Source of the DNA: an uncultured virus (IMG/VR IMGVR_UViG_3300027782_003801)
Taxonomy: Duplodnaviria; Heunggongvirae; Uroviricota; Caudoviricetes
IMG/VR virus record: IMGVR_UViG_3300027782_003801
Direction: 5' to 3' (one strand)
Length of the DNA stretch: 64,000 bases
In this document: positions 1-9,703 of the stretch, piece after piece
Layout: the number at the start of each line of letters is the position of its first letter
Numbering within the stretch: the stretch's first letter is position 1
The notes under the pieces: generated by a model
The model's input: the letters and a program-made list of their open reading frames with translations, nothing else
Databases searched by the model: none
What the model was told of the DNA's origin: nothing
Position numbers and translations under genes: made by a program

Positions 1-791
1 AACCTCATTCCTTTTGGAACTTTTTTTTGAAATTTATTATTTTCTTTATCCATAAATTCAAATATACCCAAATCTAAATTATGTTTTTTTACCAATTCAT
101 TCATAGCCATTACATCTTTTGGTAAACACATACCACCATATCCACCAAATGTTTTATTTACATTTAAATAATGTCCTTCTTGAATACCATGAAATAAAAA
201 TGAATCTTTAATAACATCATAATCACCACCCATTTCTTCTGCAATTTTTGCAAAACTATTAGCAAATGTAATTCGTAATGCTTTGTAAGTATTTGAAAAA
301 TATTTAACCAATTCTGCTTCAATTGGTTTAATTTGTACTTTATGTACGGGAAGTGTACCATGTGATTCAACTATTTTAGTATATACCACATCATTATCTG
401 TTCCTACAATTAGAATATTATTATTGTGTACAAAATCTTCATACGCACATCTTTCTCTTAAAAATTCAGGAACAAAACATATATTTAAGTGTGGATACAA
501 ATTTGTATAAGTAGTAGTGGTGCCAGGTTCTACTGTGCTTTTTATTGCAACAATACCATTATAACCCAAACTAGATAAATTTGATATGGTTTCATCAACT
601 GATCCAATATAACATTTACCATTTTCATCTGATGGTGTTCCTACACAAATATAAACAATTTCAGTATCTAATATATCATTTAATGTTGTATTTAATTTTA
701 TATCATGTCCTATTACTTCATTTCCTATATATTCAAATCCTTGTTTAACTGCTGTGCCTACTGCACCTAATCCTATAATTCCTATTTTCAT
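1..791 (-). CDS. UDP-glucose/GDP-mannose dehydrogenase family protein (partial, runs off window start)
   Basis: Manual translation from ATG at 791: MKIGIIGLGAVGTAV (Rossmann), ICVGTP, IKSTVEPGT, FVPEFLRE, YGGMCLPKD catalytic Cys motif. Confidence 0.9.
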   Translation of the reverse strand, partial: MKIGIIGLGAVGTAVKQGFEYIGNEVIGHDIKLNTTLNDILDTEIVYICVGTPSDENGKCYIGSVDETISNLSSLGYNGIVAIKSTVEPGTTTTYTNLYPHLNICFVPEFLRERCAYEDFVHNNNILIVGTDNDVVYTKIVESHGTLPVHKVQIKPIEAELVKYFSNTYKALRITFANSFAKIAEEMGGDYDVIKDSFLFHGIQEGHYLNVNKTFGGYGGMCLPKDVMAMNELVKKHNLDLGIFEFMDKENNKFQKKVPKGMR

Positions 792-862
792 TATAATAAA
801 TTTTTTATTATTTCATTTCCGTTATAATTTGCTGTTACAAATACGGTATTAGTTTCTTCCAT
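791..862 (-). CDS. 23-aa mini-ORF, translationally coupled (possible glycosyltransferase N-terminal remnant)
   Basis: MEETNTVFVTANYNGNEIIKNLL*; overlaps upstream stop; TAATG junction with next gene. Confidence 0.4.
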   Translation of the reverse strand: MEETNTVFVTANYNGNEIIKNLL

Positions 863-1772
863 TTTTTAATATTTTTAATCCGTTTTGTAATGAAATATAT
901 TGATAATCACCAATAATATTTTTTAATTTAACCAATGATGGTTTTCTTCTTTTTGTGTCATTTACCCAACCTTCTTTAAATTCAATTTCTTTTTCAATTT
1001 CATATACTTCAAATATTTTTTTAGTTAATTCTAAAATGGTAATTTGTGAGTCATTTCCTATGTTATAAATACCGGTTGCCGATTTTGCTAATTTATATGC
1101 AATTTTAATATGGTCATCTACAAAACAAAATGAACGTGTTTGTGTACCATCACCATAAATGTAAAAACTTTCGTCATTAATTCTATTAATTAATTCAGGT
1201 ATAACTTGTCCGTATCCACCCGACACCATTCTATCACCATATGTATTAAATGGTCTTAATATTAAATGTTCAACACCATTTCTTTCACACCAAATTCTAA
1301 CTTGAAATTCACCAACTGTTTTTGATACTGCATATGAATCTCTATCTGCTAAGCTATTTAAAATAATATCATGTGTCTCTAGGGTAGGTAATTCAGGTGT
1401 GGGGCCATATACTTCCGATGATGATGTATAAATTATTTTTTTAACCGATGTTACACCCTCGCAGGCTAATAATATATTTTCTGTAATTTTAATATTGTCA
1501 GTTAATACTTTGAATGGAATGTCATAAAAATAACGAGTACCATTGATAGCGGCGTAATGAAATATAAACTCGGGGTTTTCCTTTGATATAATTTCTTTAA
1601 ATGGAATTGTCATATCCCATTCATAAAATGTAAAATTAGAATGTGTTGGTAAATTTTCTTTTTTACCTCTAAAAAAATTATCAACACCTACAACATCATG
1701 TCCTTCCGATAAAAGATAATCTACTAAATGACTTCCTAAAAATCCTGCCGCACCTGTGACTAATATTTTCAT
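849..1772 (-). CDS. NAD-dependent nucleotide-sugar epimerase/dehydratase (UDP-glucuronate decarboxylase-like SDR)
   Basis: VTGAAGFLG, TSSSEVYG, YAVSK, RPFNTYG, GDGTQTRSF. Confidence 0.88.
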   Translation of the reverse strand: MKILVTGAAGFLGSHLVDYLLSEGHDVVGVDNFFRGKKENLPTHSNFTFYEWDMTIPFKEIISKENPEFIFHYAAINGTRYFYDIPFKVLTDNIKITENILLACEGVTSVKKIIYTSSSEVYGPTPELPTLETHDIILNSLADRDSYAVSKTVGEFQVRIWCERNGVEHLILRPFNTYGDRMVSGGYGQVIPELINRINDESFYIYGDGTQTRSFCFVDDHIKIAYKLAKSATGIYNIGNDSQITILELTKKIFEVYEIEKEIEFKEGWVNDTKRRKPSLVKLKNIIGDYQYISLQNGLKILKNGRN

Positions 1773-1773
1773 G

Positions 1774-2745
1774 TTAAGCTTTATAAATTCTCATCCAATG
1801 TTCAATCATTTCATCCATCATACCCTCAAAAGTGTACTCTGGTTTCCAACCTAATGTTTCTTTAATTTTTGTACAATCACCTTTCAAATAAGATAATTCT
1901 TCAGGTCTTAAAAATTTAGGATTTTGTACAATGTAGTCTTCGTAATTTAATCCTAATTGACCAAACACATACTTACACATATCACGTACAGATCTACTCT
2001 CACCTGTTGCAACAACAAAGTCGTCAGCAACTGTGTGATTCATAATCATATGCATTGCACGTACATAATCTTTAGAATGTCCCCAATCACGATAAGAATC
2101 CATGTTACCCATTTCCAATTGATTCTGTAACCCTAATTTAATTCTAACCGCACCTTTAACAACTTTATTAGATACAAAGTTAGAACCACGTCTCGGTGAT
2201 TCGTGATTAAATAGAATACCATTTGTTGCAAATAAATTAAATGCGTTACGATAGTTACGAACAATGTTGTAACCAAATACTTTTGTACAACCATAAGGTG
2301 ACACAGGGTTCATACGAGTAGATTCTCTTTGGAACCCATCCTCATCCACCGCCGAACCAAACATTTCAGATGACGATGCTTGATAGAATCTTGCGTTAGG
2401 ACACGATATTTTATATGCTTCTAAAATATTTAATACACCAATAGCATTTGATTGTGCGGTAAAAATAGGTATATCGTAACTAATTCTTACGTGTGATTGA
2501 GCACCAATATTATATATTTCATCAGGTTGAATTTCAGTTAACAACTTATGTAAAGTTGAGTAATCAATTAAATCACCATAATATGTTTTTACCTTATCTT
2601 CTAAATGACCGATACGACTTTCTTGATGTTCAGGTGTTGAGTTTCTACGTACAATACCGTGTACCTCATAACCTAAATTTAATAAATGTTCAGCCAAATA
2701 ACTTCCATCTTGTCCGGCAATACCGGTAATAAACGCTTTCTTCAT
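1774..2745 (-). CDS. gmd: GDP-mannose 4,6-dehydratase
   Basis: FITGIAGQDGSYLAE, AQSHVRISY, YQASSSEMFG, NGILFNHESPRRG, RDWGHSKDYV. Confidence 0.95.
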   Translation of the reverse strand: MKKAFITGIAGQDGSYLAEHLLNLGYEVHGIVRRNSTPEHQESRIGHLEDKVKTYYGDLIDYSTLHKLLTEIQPDEIYNIGAQSHVRISYDIPIFTAQSNAIGVLNILEAYKISCPNARFYQASSSEMFGSAVDEDGFQRESTRMNPVSPYGCTKVFGYNIVRNYRNAFNLFATNGILFNHESPRRGSNFVSNKVVKGAVRIKLGLQNQLEMGNMDSYRDWGHSKDYVRAMHMIMNHTVADDFVVATGESRSVRDMCKYVFGQLGLNYEDYIVQNPKFLRPEELSYLKGDCTKIKETLGWKPEYTFEGMMDEMIEHWMRIYKA

Positions 2746-2803
2746 TCTATTTTATATTTTATATTTTTTAAAAGTTTAATATCATTATTAACCATCTTCT
2801 TCA

Positions 2804-3391
2804 CTAATTAAAAATTTTCATTTCTGTTAGGTCTGGCCAATCTGTAACGACCCATTGTTTCGGTTCTGTCTCAATTGCCTTTGGTAGTTTATTTAAACCA
2901 TTCTCTGCGGTTTCAGGTGTCATATAATAATGGTAACCATACGTGTCAATATTTTGGTCTCTCCATGGAATATTTGGTAACCTACCATCATATGACATCT
3001 TCTTAATTTGAATTGCAGCTTCTTCATTGTCAGTTAACAACATACCACCTCTACCTAACGATAGATGTTTTTGGAATTGAAAACTCAATCCCATAAATGT
3101 CCCTGAAATATAACTGTCTTTTTTCCAAAGAACCGCAGCATCAATTATGTTATGTGTAAGATAATAGTAATCAACCCATTGCTCATCTTTCCAAAACAAA
3201 TCAAGTCCCATTTTATTAGCTAAAAATGGAATTGATAAGTAAGTTCTTTTTGGTACAAGGATTTCTTTTTCACCTGTGTATCTTAATGCTAATTCAATAC
3301 CGTGGGTGCAACTATCCACTGCAATAGCAAAGGGAGACCCAAAAAATTTGGCAATCTCCTTTTCAAAGTTTGTTATTGATTCAAAATTCAT
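2804..3391 (-). CDS. Short DegT/DnrJ/EryC1/StrS PLP-dependent sugar aminotransferase-like protein
   Basis: FEKEIAKFFG-AIAVDSCT, DAA, SFQFQKHL-GRGGMLLT. Confidence 0.8.
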   Translation of the reverse strand: MNFESITNFEKEIAKFFGSPFAIAVDSCTHGIELALRYTGEKEILVPKRTYLSIPFLANKMGLDLFWKDEQWVDYYYLTHNIIDAAVLWKKDSYISGTFMGLSFQFQKHLSLGRGGMLLTDNEEAAIQIKKMSYDGRLPNIPWRDQNIDTYGYHYYMTPETAENGLNKLPKAIETEPKQWVVTDWPDLTEMKIFN

Positions 3392-3419
3392 ATGTTATAA
3401 TATATGTAAAATAATTGAA

Positions 3420-3965
3420 TTAAACAAGTTTAACACACTCAACATTTAAACTTATTAATGTACCATTTTCCTTATCCATGTGTGGTATATATGATTGGGA
3501 ATGATCATCATGAGCACCATGTTCGGTTGTCTCCCAATCATATTTTTCTATATTATTAAACCCAACAGATTCTAAAACTTTTTGAAGTGAATCAAAATCG
3601 TAAGTTGTTTTATGATAAATTGTTTGTTCACTCATTGGTATCTTACCAAAGATAGGACCCAAGAATGATTCTAATGGGTACCCATAGATTAGATACAATG
3701 TAACCATCGATTTGAAATCTGGCACCCCCAATCTTAATATACCATTAGGTTTTAACACCCTTTTCCACTCATTTAAGACACTCAATACTTCTGTTCTGTC
3801 AAAGTATTCAAGTACGTGTGATGAGTAGATTAAATCAACACTATTATCCTCAAAAGGTAATACAGTAATGTCGTGGGAATGTAGGTGGGGGAAATCTCCC
3901 CCATCAATATTAATCCATTCTGAACCGAAGTCTCTTTTTCCACAACCTAAATGTAATTTCATCAT
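3420..3965 (-). CDS. Class I SAM-dependent methyltransferase
   Basis: LHLGCG, LPFEDNSVDLIYSSHVLE, RVLKPNG. Confidence 0.88.
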   Translation of the reverse strand: MMKLHLGCGKRDFGSEWINIDGGDFPHLHSHDITVLPFEDNSVDLIYSSHVLEYFDRTEVLSVLNEWKRVLKPNGILRLGVPDFKSMVTLYLIYGYPLESFLGPIFGKIPMSEQTIYHKTTYDFDSLQKVLESVGFNNIEKYDWETTEHGAHDDHSQSYIPHMDKENGTLISLNVECVKLV

Positions 3966-3968
3966 ATA

Positions 3969-4554
3969 CTATTTTAATTTAAAAATTTGAATGAACTGTT
4001 TCTCATTAATTAATTCATATTGATTATATTGTTGAACATTAATTTTATTATTATATCTTTTATCTAAAATTAAATAATTTGAATTCATGTTTATTATCTT
4101 TTCAGTAATCCAATAACCACTACAAGTAACTGCAAAAAATTTTTCATCAGGTAAAATATTTGTTACTAAATTTAATTTTAGATTCAAAAATTCATTACAT
4201 TTTTTTACAAATTCATTTTTATTGTTTATTTGATTAAAGTTATCGTAATTGTAACAATCAATATTTAATTTAGTTAATAATGCCGATAAAATTCCAACCC
4301 CACAACCATAATCAAAAATTTTTTTTTTTAAAAATTTCAATGTTTTCACAAAAATATTCTATTATTTCAAAATTAGGAACAAATAATGTGTCTCCGAAAA
4401 AACTAATTCCTTCTTTGTTTTTTTGATTTAATTCGATTCCCGTGTGATATAATGATGGGTCGTTAAAAAATTTAGTGTTTGGTGATTTATTTACACTAAA
4501 ATAAATTTTATTAATTTTATTAATAAATTCTTCTTCAAAATAATTTTTATACAT
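3969..4554 (-). pseudogene. SAM-dependent methyltransferase split by a 1-nt frameshift in an A11 tract (phase-variable, or a sequencing error)
   Basis: ORFs 4312..4554 and 3969..4349 join at T11 (4319-4329); A10 gives FKKKIFDYGCGVG (motif I). Confidence 0.75.
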
Positions 4555-4560
4555 AAATTT

Positions 4561-4974
4561 TTATTTTATAAATGTTTTATCCATTGCCTGACCTTCATAA
4601 GGTCCGGTTTTATATTCGTAAACTAATGTGTCGTCTTCCATAATAAGATAGTTATGACCACCTTCTAATGTATAACTTGAATCACCTGGATAAAGTATTG
4701 GTTCGGCGATGATTGTGTCATCTAAATCATAAAAGATACACTTAACACTACCCTGAATAACCACCCAACTTTCTTGTGCAATTACATTACGAGTTCTTTC
4801 TTTCCAAATGTGTTTATGTGGTTTGAAAGTTTTACCTTTCTCCATGTTCAACATTGAACATTGAATAAAATTTTCTTCAGATACAATATCGATACGACCT
4901 GATTTAATTTCTTCTTTACGAACAACCATGTGTAATAATTTATCTGGTTGTACTTTTGAATATATTTTTTCCAT
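4561..4974 (-). CDS. Cupin-fold protein (WbuC/sugar isomerase-like)
   Basis: PHKH..QESWVVIQG..GGHNY..EYKTGPY. Confidence 0.7.
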   Translation of the reverse strand: MEKIYSKVQPDKLLHMVVRKEEIKSGRIDIVSEENFIQCSMLNMEKGKTFKPHKHIWKERTRNVIAQESWVVIQGSVKCIFYDLDDTIIAEPILYPGDSSYTLEGGHNYLIMEDDTLVYEYKTGPYEGQAMDKTFIK

Positions 4975-4975
4975 A

Positions 4976-5722
4976 TTATATTTTAAATTTAAATCTCACT
5001 TCTTTTAATGGTTCTTTGGCGTGTGATATGTAATCCATAATATTAATCGGACAACCAAATGATGAATTTAAACCACCCACTCTCATTTCTTTATTGAAAT
5101 TTTTAAAACAAGCCTCTAATACCCAATTGTCAGCCCACTCGGGTTCTTTATCAAATACTTCACCTGATAAGAAATAATTTAAATAGAACTTACCAAATTC
5201 TTTAGTGGTCTCATTAATGTTAATGAATTGAAATCCACTTTCAATCCAATCATTACTTCTTAAAATTACTAACCAATCATGTTTCTTTTGGTACTCATAG
5301 AAGTCATCTGTAAATTCTTGTGTAACATATGAATCACAATCAGCCCAAACCATTACATCACCAATTTCCAATTTCTCAATTGCTCTTGATATTGCAACAA
5401 CTTTTCTAAACCAAAATGGAGAGCTATTCATATAATAGTTATGCGACTTATAACAATCTTTAAATGGTGATTCTTTTAAGAACGATTCTAACCAAGGTGA
5501 GTCCTCAAATAAATCAATTAACTCTAAATTGATTAAATCCTTCATCTCATCTAAATCAATTGACTCATTGTTATTAGATTGGTCAAATGAATTCTCGTGA
5601 TATAGAATACATTTATTATTTAAGAATGATTGGGGTACATATCTTGTAAATGTGTTGTCTCTGTGTCTATATAATCTTGCGTTAAGTGATGAAACGAAGA
5701 TAAAGTTATTAGGTGCTTTCAT
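4976..5722 (-). CDS. Putative nucleotide-diphospho-sugar transferase
   Basis: WFRKV..VWADCDS (DxD), ESGF, EWADNW; lies in glycan cluster. Confidence 0.55.
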   Translation of the reverse strand: MKAPNNFIFVSSLNARLYRHRDNTFTRYVPQSFLNNKCILYHENSFDQSNNNESIDLDEMKDLINLELIDLFEDSPWLESFLKESPFKDCYKSHNYYMNSSPFWFRKVVAISRAIEKLEIGDVMVWADCDSYVTQEFTDDFYEYQKKHDWLVILRSNDWIESGFQFININETTKEFGKFYLNYFLSGEVFDKEPEWADNWVLEACFKNFNKEMRVGGLNSSFGCPINIMDYISHAKEPLKEVRFKFKI

Positions 5723-6582
5723 TAATTAAATTTGTTTGAAATGATATTAGCAATCTCCGCAAAACTACTTGAAGGATGTGCTATGGTTAATGTGGTATGT
5801 GCCAATAAGAAGATGTCCTCAACGGCCTCTTGTGCAGATTCTGTTGTGATTGCAAAACTGTTGTGGTCGTTCCACGGTAATGATGTGTCAGTTCTAACAA
5901 TATAGTTATCTTTTTTACGGGTAATGATATTATTAGGATATAACTCCAACACAGTATTTTCAATATCAGGATCTTCAGTTGATAAGAAGAATTTAACATC
6001 AGGTTTGTCCTTTAGAATGTCTCTTATTGCGTTAACGTAACTAACAGCACCAACACCGAAGTCTGTACCACGAGCATGAATACCTAATACGTTTTTATTT
6101 AATCCTAATTCACCAACATAGTGGTCAATCTTATCTTGAATCTTTTTAATTGGTTGTAAGTTATGTAAGAACTCGAACGTATCTTCGTTACTAACATTAC
6201 GAGAGAAGTTATTGTGATAGAAGATAATGTTATCTTGTTTATCATCATAATTAAATGAATCGTAACTACGATATGGATTCTTTTGTGATAACTTCTTTAA
6301 TGTTGACCTACCGAATTTAGATTCTTCCCTTTCAAATCCGTGACCTGATCCACCTTCTGTGAGTAATAGACAGTTATTGAGTTGTTCCATATCATTTAAT
6401 GTAATGATATCTAATTCATTATCAAATAATTCATGCCACGGAGCTAAACAACCATTAGGTGTAATATTATCCCAATAAGCTTTTAATTTTCTACCGGATT
6501 GTTTTGAAATTGCATAACAAGATGAAAGAGGTCTTAATCTATTACCTAATCCACTTGTTGAATAGTTTATAATTGTTTTCAA
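5722..6582 (-). CDS. Fucosyltransferase-like (GT11/GT23/NodZ-type)
   Basis: GLGNRL, GIHARGTD, FFLSTED, SSFA; TTG start; near gmd. Confidence 0.75.
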   Translation of the reverse strand: MKTIINYSTSGLGNRLRPLSSCYAISKQSGRKLKAYWDNITPNGCLAPWHELFDNELDIITLNDMEQLNNCLLLTEGGSGHGFEREESKFGRSTLKKLSQKNPYRSYDSFNYDDKQDNIIFYHNNFSRNVSNEDTFEFLHNLQPIKKIQDKIDHYVGELGLNKNVLGIHARGTDFGVGAVSYVNAIRDILKDKPDVKFFLSTEDPDIENTVLELYPNNIITRKKDNYIVRTDTSLPWNDHNSFAITTESAQEAVEDIFLLAHTTLTIAHPSSSFAEIANIISNKFN

Positions 6583-6583
6583 G

Positions 6584-7285
6584 TTAATATTTTAAATGTC
6601 TTCCTTGGTCTACAAAATATTCATTACCTTGTTGTTCACCCCGTAATGTAAATTTATTTGCATAACCTTTTAATTTTTTTATTTTTATTTTTTTATCTAA
6701 TTTCCATAAACAAAACGGAAAACTAATTTGGTCTCTAGAACTAAATTTAGTTATTTGTTCCCACCACATTAATTGAAGTTCTTTAACAACGTCTGATGTT
6801 TTAACAATAAATGTGGACAATTCGTAAAGACCATACATATCCGGCATCCGCAATGATTTATAAAATGTAAATTGGTTTTTAATATTTTCACGAATATCTA
6901 AGTTCCATTGAGTACATGCACTCATTTCTTGATATATACATTTTCTATCTGGATGTTTAAATAACAATATATCAATACCATCACCAAACTCGTTGATAAT
7001 TAATTGAGGGTCTTTTTTTAATTGATGATTACCATCTTCCCATATAATGTATTCGTATTGAGGAAACATTAATGATGATAGAATTTTATATGTTTTAGCT
7101 TCTCTTCTATTTTTATATTCATCTATGGTTGAGAATTTTAATACATCTCTTTGTTCCCAAACCTTAACATCGTCTTCTTTTTTATCCACATATGCAATAT
7201 AATCACAATTTTCAAAAACCACTGGAGGATCGGTTAATTTATCCTTTCCGTCTGTGATTGAGGTAATAACTAAAAATTTTTTCAT
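6584..7285 (-). CDS. DUF616-like glycosyltransferase
   Basis: TSITDGKDKL, YKIL, WEDGN, HPDRKCIYQE, SSRDQISFP. Confidence 0.75.
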   Translation of the reverse strand: MKKFLVITSITDGKDKLTDPPVVFENCDYIAYVDKKEDDVKVWEQRDVLKFSTIDEYKNRREAKTYKILSSLMFPQYEYIIWEDGNHQLKKDPQLIINEFGDGIDILLFKHPDRKCIYQEMSACTQWNLDIRENIKNQFTFYKSLRMPDMYGLYELSTFIVKTSDVVKELQLMWWEQITKFSSRDQISFPFCLWKLDKKIKIKKLKGYANKFTLRGEQQGNEYFVDQGRHLKY

Positions 7286-7337
7286 ATGATATAATATAAA
7301 CTTTTTTTTTGTAATTTAGAAGTTAATTTATTTATTT

Positions 7338-7958
7338 TTATAATGAACTGTAATAATTATTTTGTTTTTCTTGACGTCCTATTGTCTTGTGATGTTGTAT
7401 ACAATATTCTTCATCTAATGGTAATGATGAAAATTTCTGACCACCTATTATTCTTTCGTGTACTTTACCATACCAACTCATACCTTTACGAAATACACGT
7501 CCTTGAGCATCGGGGAAGTTAACCCACCCCTTTTTATTAACACTCCAACCCCATTTATTTATGTGTTCTTCGGTTAAACCATCTACAGTATTAATACGAG
7601 GAACAAATATTAAATCCACATCAGGATTCATTTCTAACATTTGATTTATATTTTTAACCATATATTCACTAATCATTTCATCGGCATCTATTTGATAGAT
7701 GTAATCTCCCTGACAGTAGTCATTCAATTTGTTTTTCCAATTGGCAAAGTTACCTTCAAAATCAAACCCTCTCCACGTTTGAACGTGAGGGAATTTATTA
7801 TATGGTAATAAGAAATCTAATATTTCGGGATTGCCGTTCTTCTCGTCATAGAGAATAACAATCTCATCTTCCTTTCTTTTATGTTCAAATAAAAATAGAA
7901 CCAATCTTTTTATTTCTTCTAGTTCATTACAAACTGTAATTGCAAAACTTATTTTCAT
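7338..7958 (-). CDS. Family 2 glycosyltransferase
   Basis: ISFAITVCNE, QIDADE, VHER. Confidence 0.85.
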   Translation of the reverse strand: MKISFAITVCNELEEIKRLVLFLFEHKRKEDEIVILYDEKNGNPEILDFLLPYNKFPHVQTWRGFDFEGNFANWKNKLNDYCQGDYIYQIDADEMISEYMVKNINQMLEMNPDVDLIFVPRINTVDGLTEEHINKWGWSVNKKGWVNFPDAQGRVFRKGMSWYGKVHERIIGGQKFSSLPLDEEYCIQHHKTIGRQEKQNNYYSSL

Positions 7959-7959
7959 A

Positions 7960-8202
7960 TTATGCTCTTTGTCCTCCGTTTATTCTTCCCGTTAATATAT
8001 TTATTACTTCGTTGTCTATTTCTTCCACAATTTGTTCCGACATTAATCTCGTTAATTCAGCCTCAGCATCAATTGTATGAACCGCATTTAAATCGTCAAT
8101 TAATTCAGGTCTCCATTGAGCACGTAGTGTTCTAACGATGTTCTGAATACCTTCCGATTGAATTGTTATCCCATGAAAAAATCTAAACTCTCTAACTCCC
8201 AT
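7960..8202 (-). CDS. Small protein: FxFF tag fused to a T4 gp23-like major capsid protein fragment
   Basis: MGVREFRFFHG then RTLRAQWRPELIDDLNAVHTIDAEAELTRLMSEQIVEEIDNEVI, matching the gp23 core signature; start taken at ATG 8202. Confidence 0.75.
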   Translation of the reverse strand: MGVREFRFFHGITIQSEGIQNIVRTLRAQWRPELIDDLNAVHTIDAEAELTRLMSEQIVEEIDNEVINILTGRINGGQRA

Positions 8203-8203
8203 A

Positions 8204-8449
8204 TTATTGTTTTGGTCTGGCATAAAACTTAAATGTTTTACCGGTAGTACTGTCGGTAAATGTCATTATTGATTGGTTTGTGTTAGGTATAGTAATAACA
8301 ACTTCAGGTCTTTCTACCGTTTCATCAGCAGTTGCGAAAACTTGAGGTTCATCATTATCAAATTGAACAACCCATTCACACGGCATGTATTTGATAATAG
8401 TATTTTCAATTTGAACTTCCCCTTTTTTCTTTTTTGTTGACTTCGCCAT
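8204..8449 (-). CDS. Hypothetical protein
   Basis: ORF tiles the operon. Confidence 0.7.
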   Translation of the reverse strand: MAKSTKKKKGEVQIENTIIKYMPCEWVVQFDNDEPQVFATADETVERPEVVITIPNTNQSIMTFTDSTTGKTFKFYARPKQ

Positions 8450-9703
8450 TTATTTAACTCTATTTAATTTAGGTAGTATTAGTTTAGTTTGTTGTGGTAT
8501 AGTAATGAATGGTGTTAATATACTTTTAAATTTTTCTGTCATTTTACTTAATGAAAAATTGTTTTTATTTTCTTCTTTTAATATTTTAGATTTAGTTAAA
8601 AATTTATTATAATCTTTTTTAACCAATTTTAAAACCTCAACTACTTCATTGTAGTTAGCGGTAAACCATTTAGAACCTTTAATAATAAAGGTGTCGACCG
8701 CACTTTCATCAACATTGGTTAATTTGCCACCAACCATAATTGAATTATCAATAGATAAAAAATCCTTATGACCTGACCAATTAGATGCAATTACAGGTTT
8801 ACCTGTCATAGTGAATTCTAATAGAGGTCTACCGAATCCCTCACCTTTAGTGATTGACACCATCGATTTAATTTTAGGATGATTGTATAAATCGTTCATT
8901 TCTTTATTAGTTAAATCACCGAACAATAAATAAATAGAAGGGGGATTTTTAATGTCACCAACAATTTCTTTTATTTTTTTTCTAAACGATTCTCTTTCTT
9001 TTACTGAAAAATTGGCAGAAGATGTTTTAAGAACTAATGCGGGTTTATTTTTATTTTCATCTTTAAATGATTCCACAAAACATTTAATTAACATACCAAC
9101 ATCTTTTCTATCTTGACCAAGGTTACCCTTCAACCAGTGACCAACAAAAAGATAAGCGAAATCTTCTTTGATATCTAATTTAAAATCTTTATTAATTACA
9201 TCATTATAAATTGATATATCAGCACCTTCAAATAGAACCTCAACAGGTTTTTCTATTTTATGTTGTTTTATTATCTTATCACTATCTTTTTCTTTTTCAT
9301 TATATACTGTTGATAAAAGAACTTCTTTAGAAAAATTAGATGTTGCAATGATTAAATCCATTCTATTACAACCATCAACCCAATCTTTAGGTGCGATAGT
9401 TGTTTCAATACCGGCAGTTATACCAATATTAAATTTACCAAATCTTTGAAATTCATTTGGTACTGTAACTTGAACATATATATCAGGTAGTCCTTGAAAT
9501 TGTGTAACGATGTTTCCCTTAATCCATTGATGAAATAAGTTATCATCTTCTAATGCTGTCATAGGAGTTGAACCCCACACACAACTATCAATTTTAATAT
9601 CAAACATATTCATTTGATATAACGATTCTAATAAATCTCTTGAATGTGAACCATATCCACTTCTTGTTTTAATTGGTCCTCTAAATAATAACGTTGGTTT
9701 CAT
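8450..9703 (-). CDS. Family 4 (GT-B) glycosyltransferase
   Basis: TRSGYG, RKDVGML, KGEGFGRPLLE, PVIASNWSGHKDF. Confidence 0.88.
   Translation of the reverse strand: MKPTLLFRGPIKTRSGYGSHSRDLLESLYQMNMFDIKIDSCVWGSTPMTALEDDNLFHQWIKGNIVTQFQGLPDIYVQVTVPNEFQRFGKFNIGITAGIETTIAPKDWVDGCNRMDLIIATSNFSKEVLLSTVYNEKEKDSDKIIKQHKIEKPVEVLFEGADISIYNDVINKDFKLDIKEDFAYLFVGHWLKGNLGQDRKDVGMLIKCFVESFKDENKNKPALVLKTSSANFSVKERESFRKKIKEIVGDIKNPPSIYLLFGDLTNKEMNDLYNHPKIKSMVSITKGEGFGRPLLEFTMTGKPVIASNWSGHKDFLSIDNSIMVGGKLTNVDESAVDTFIIKGSKWFTANYNEVVEVLKLVKKDYNKFLTKSKILKEENKNNFSLSKMTEKFKSILTPFITIPQQTKLILPKLNRVK

Noticed and set aside
164..370. 68-aa ORF from the track
   Set aside because: Out-of-frame shadow inside the dehydrogenase gene
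3969..4349. MKTLKFLKK as a member of the FKFL-tag family
   Set aside because: Artefact of the frameshifted methyltransferase; not a real N-terminus
7960..8202. The true major capsid gene broken by frameshifts
   Set aside because: Flanking frames encode unrelated intact genes; no other gp23 parts adjoin
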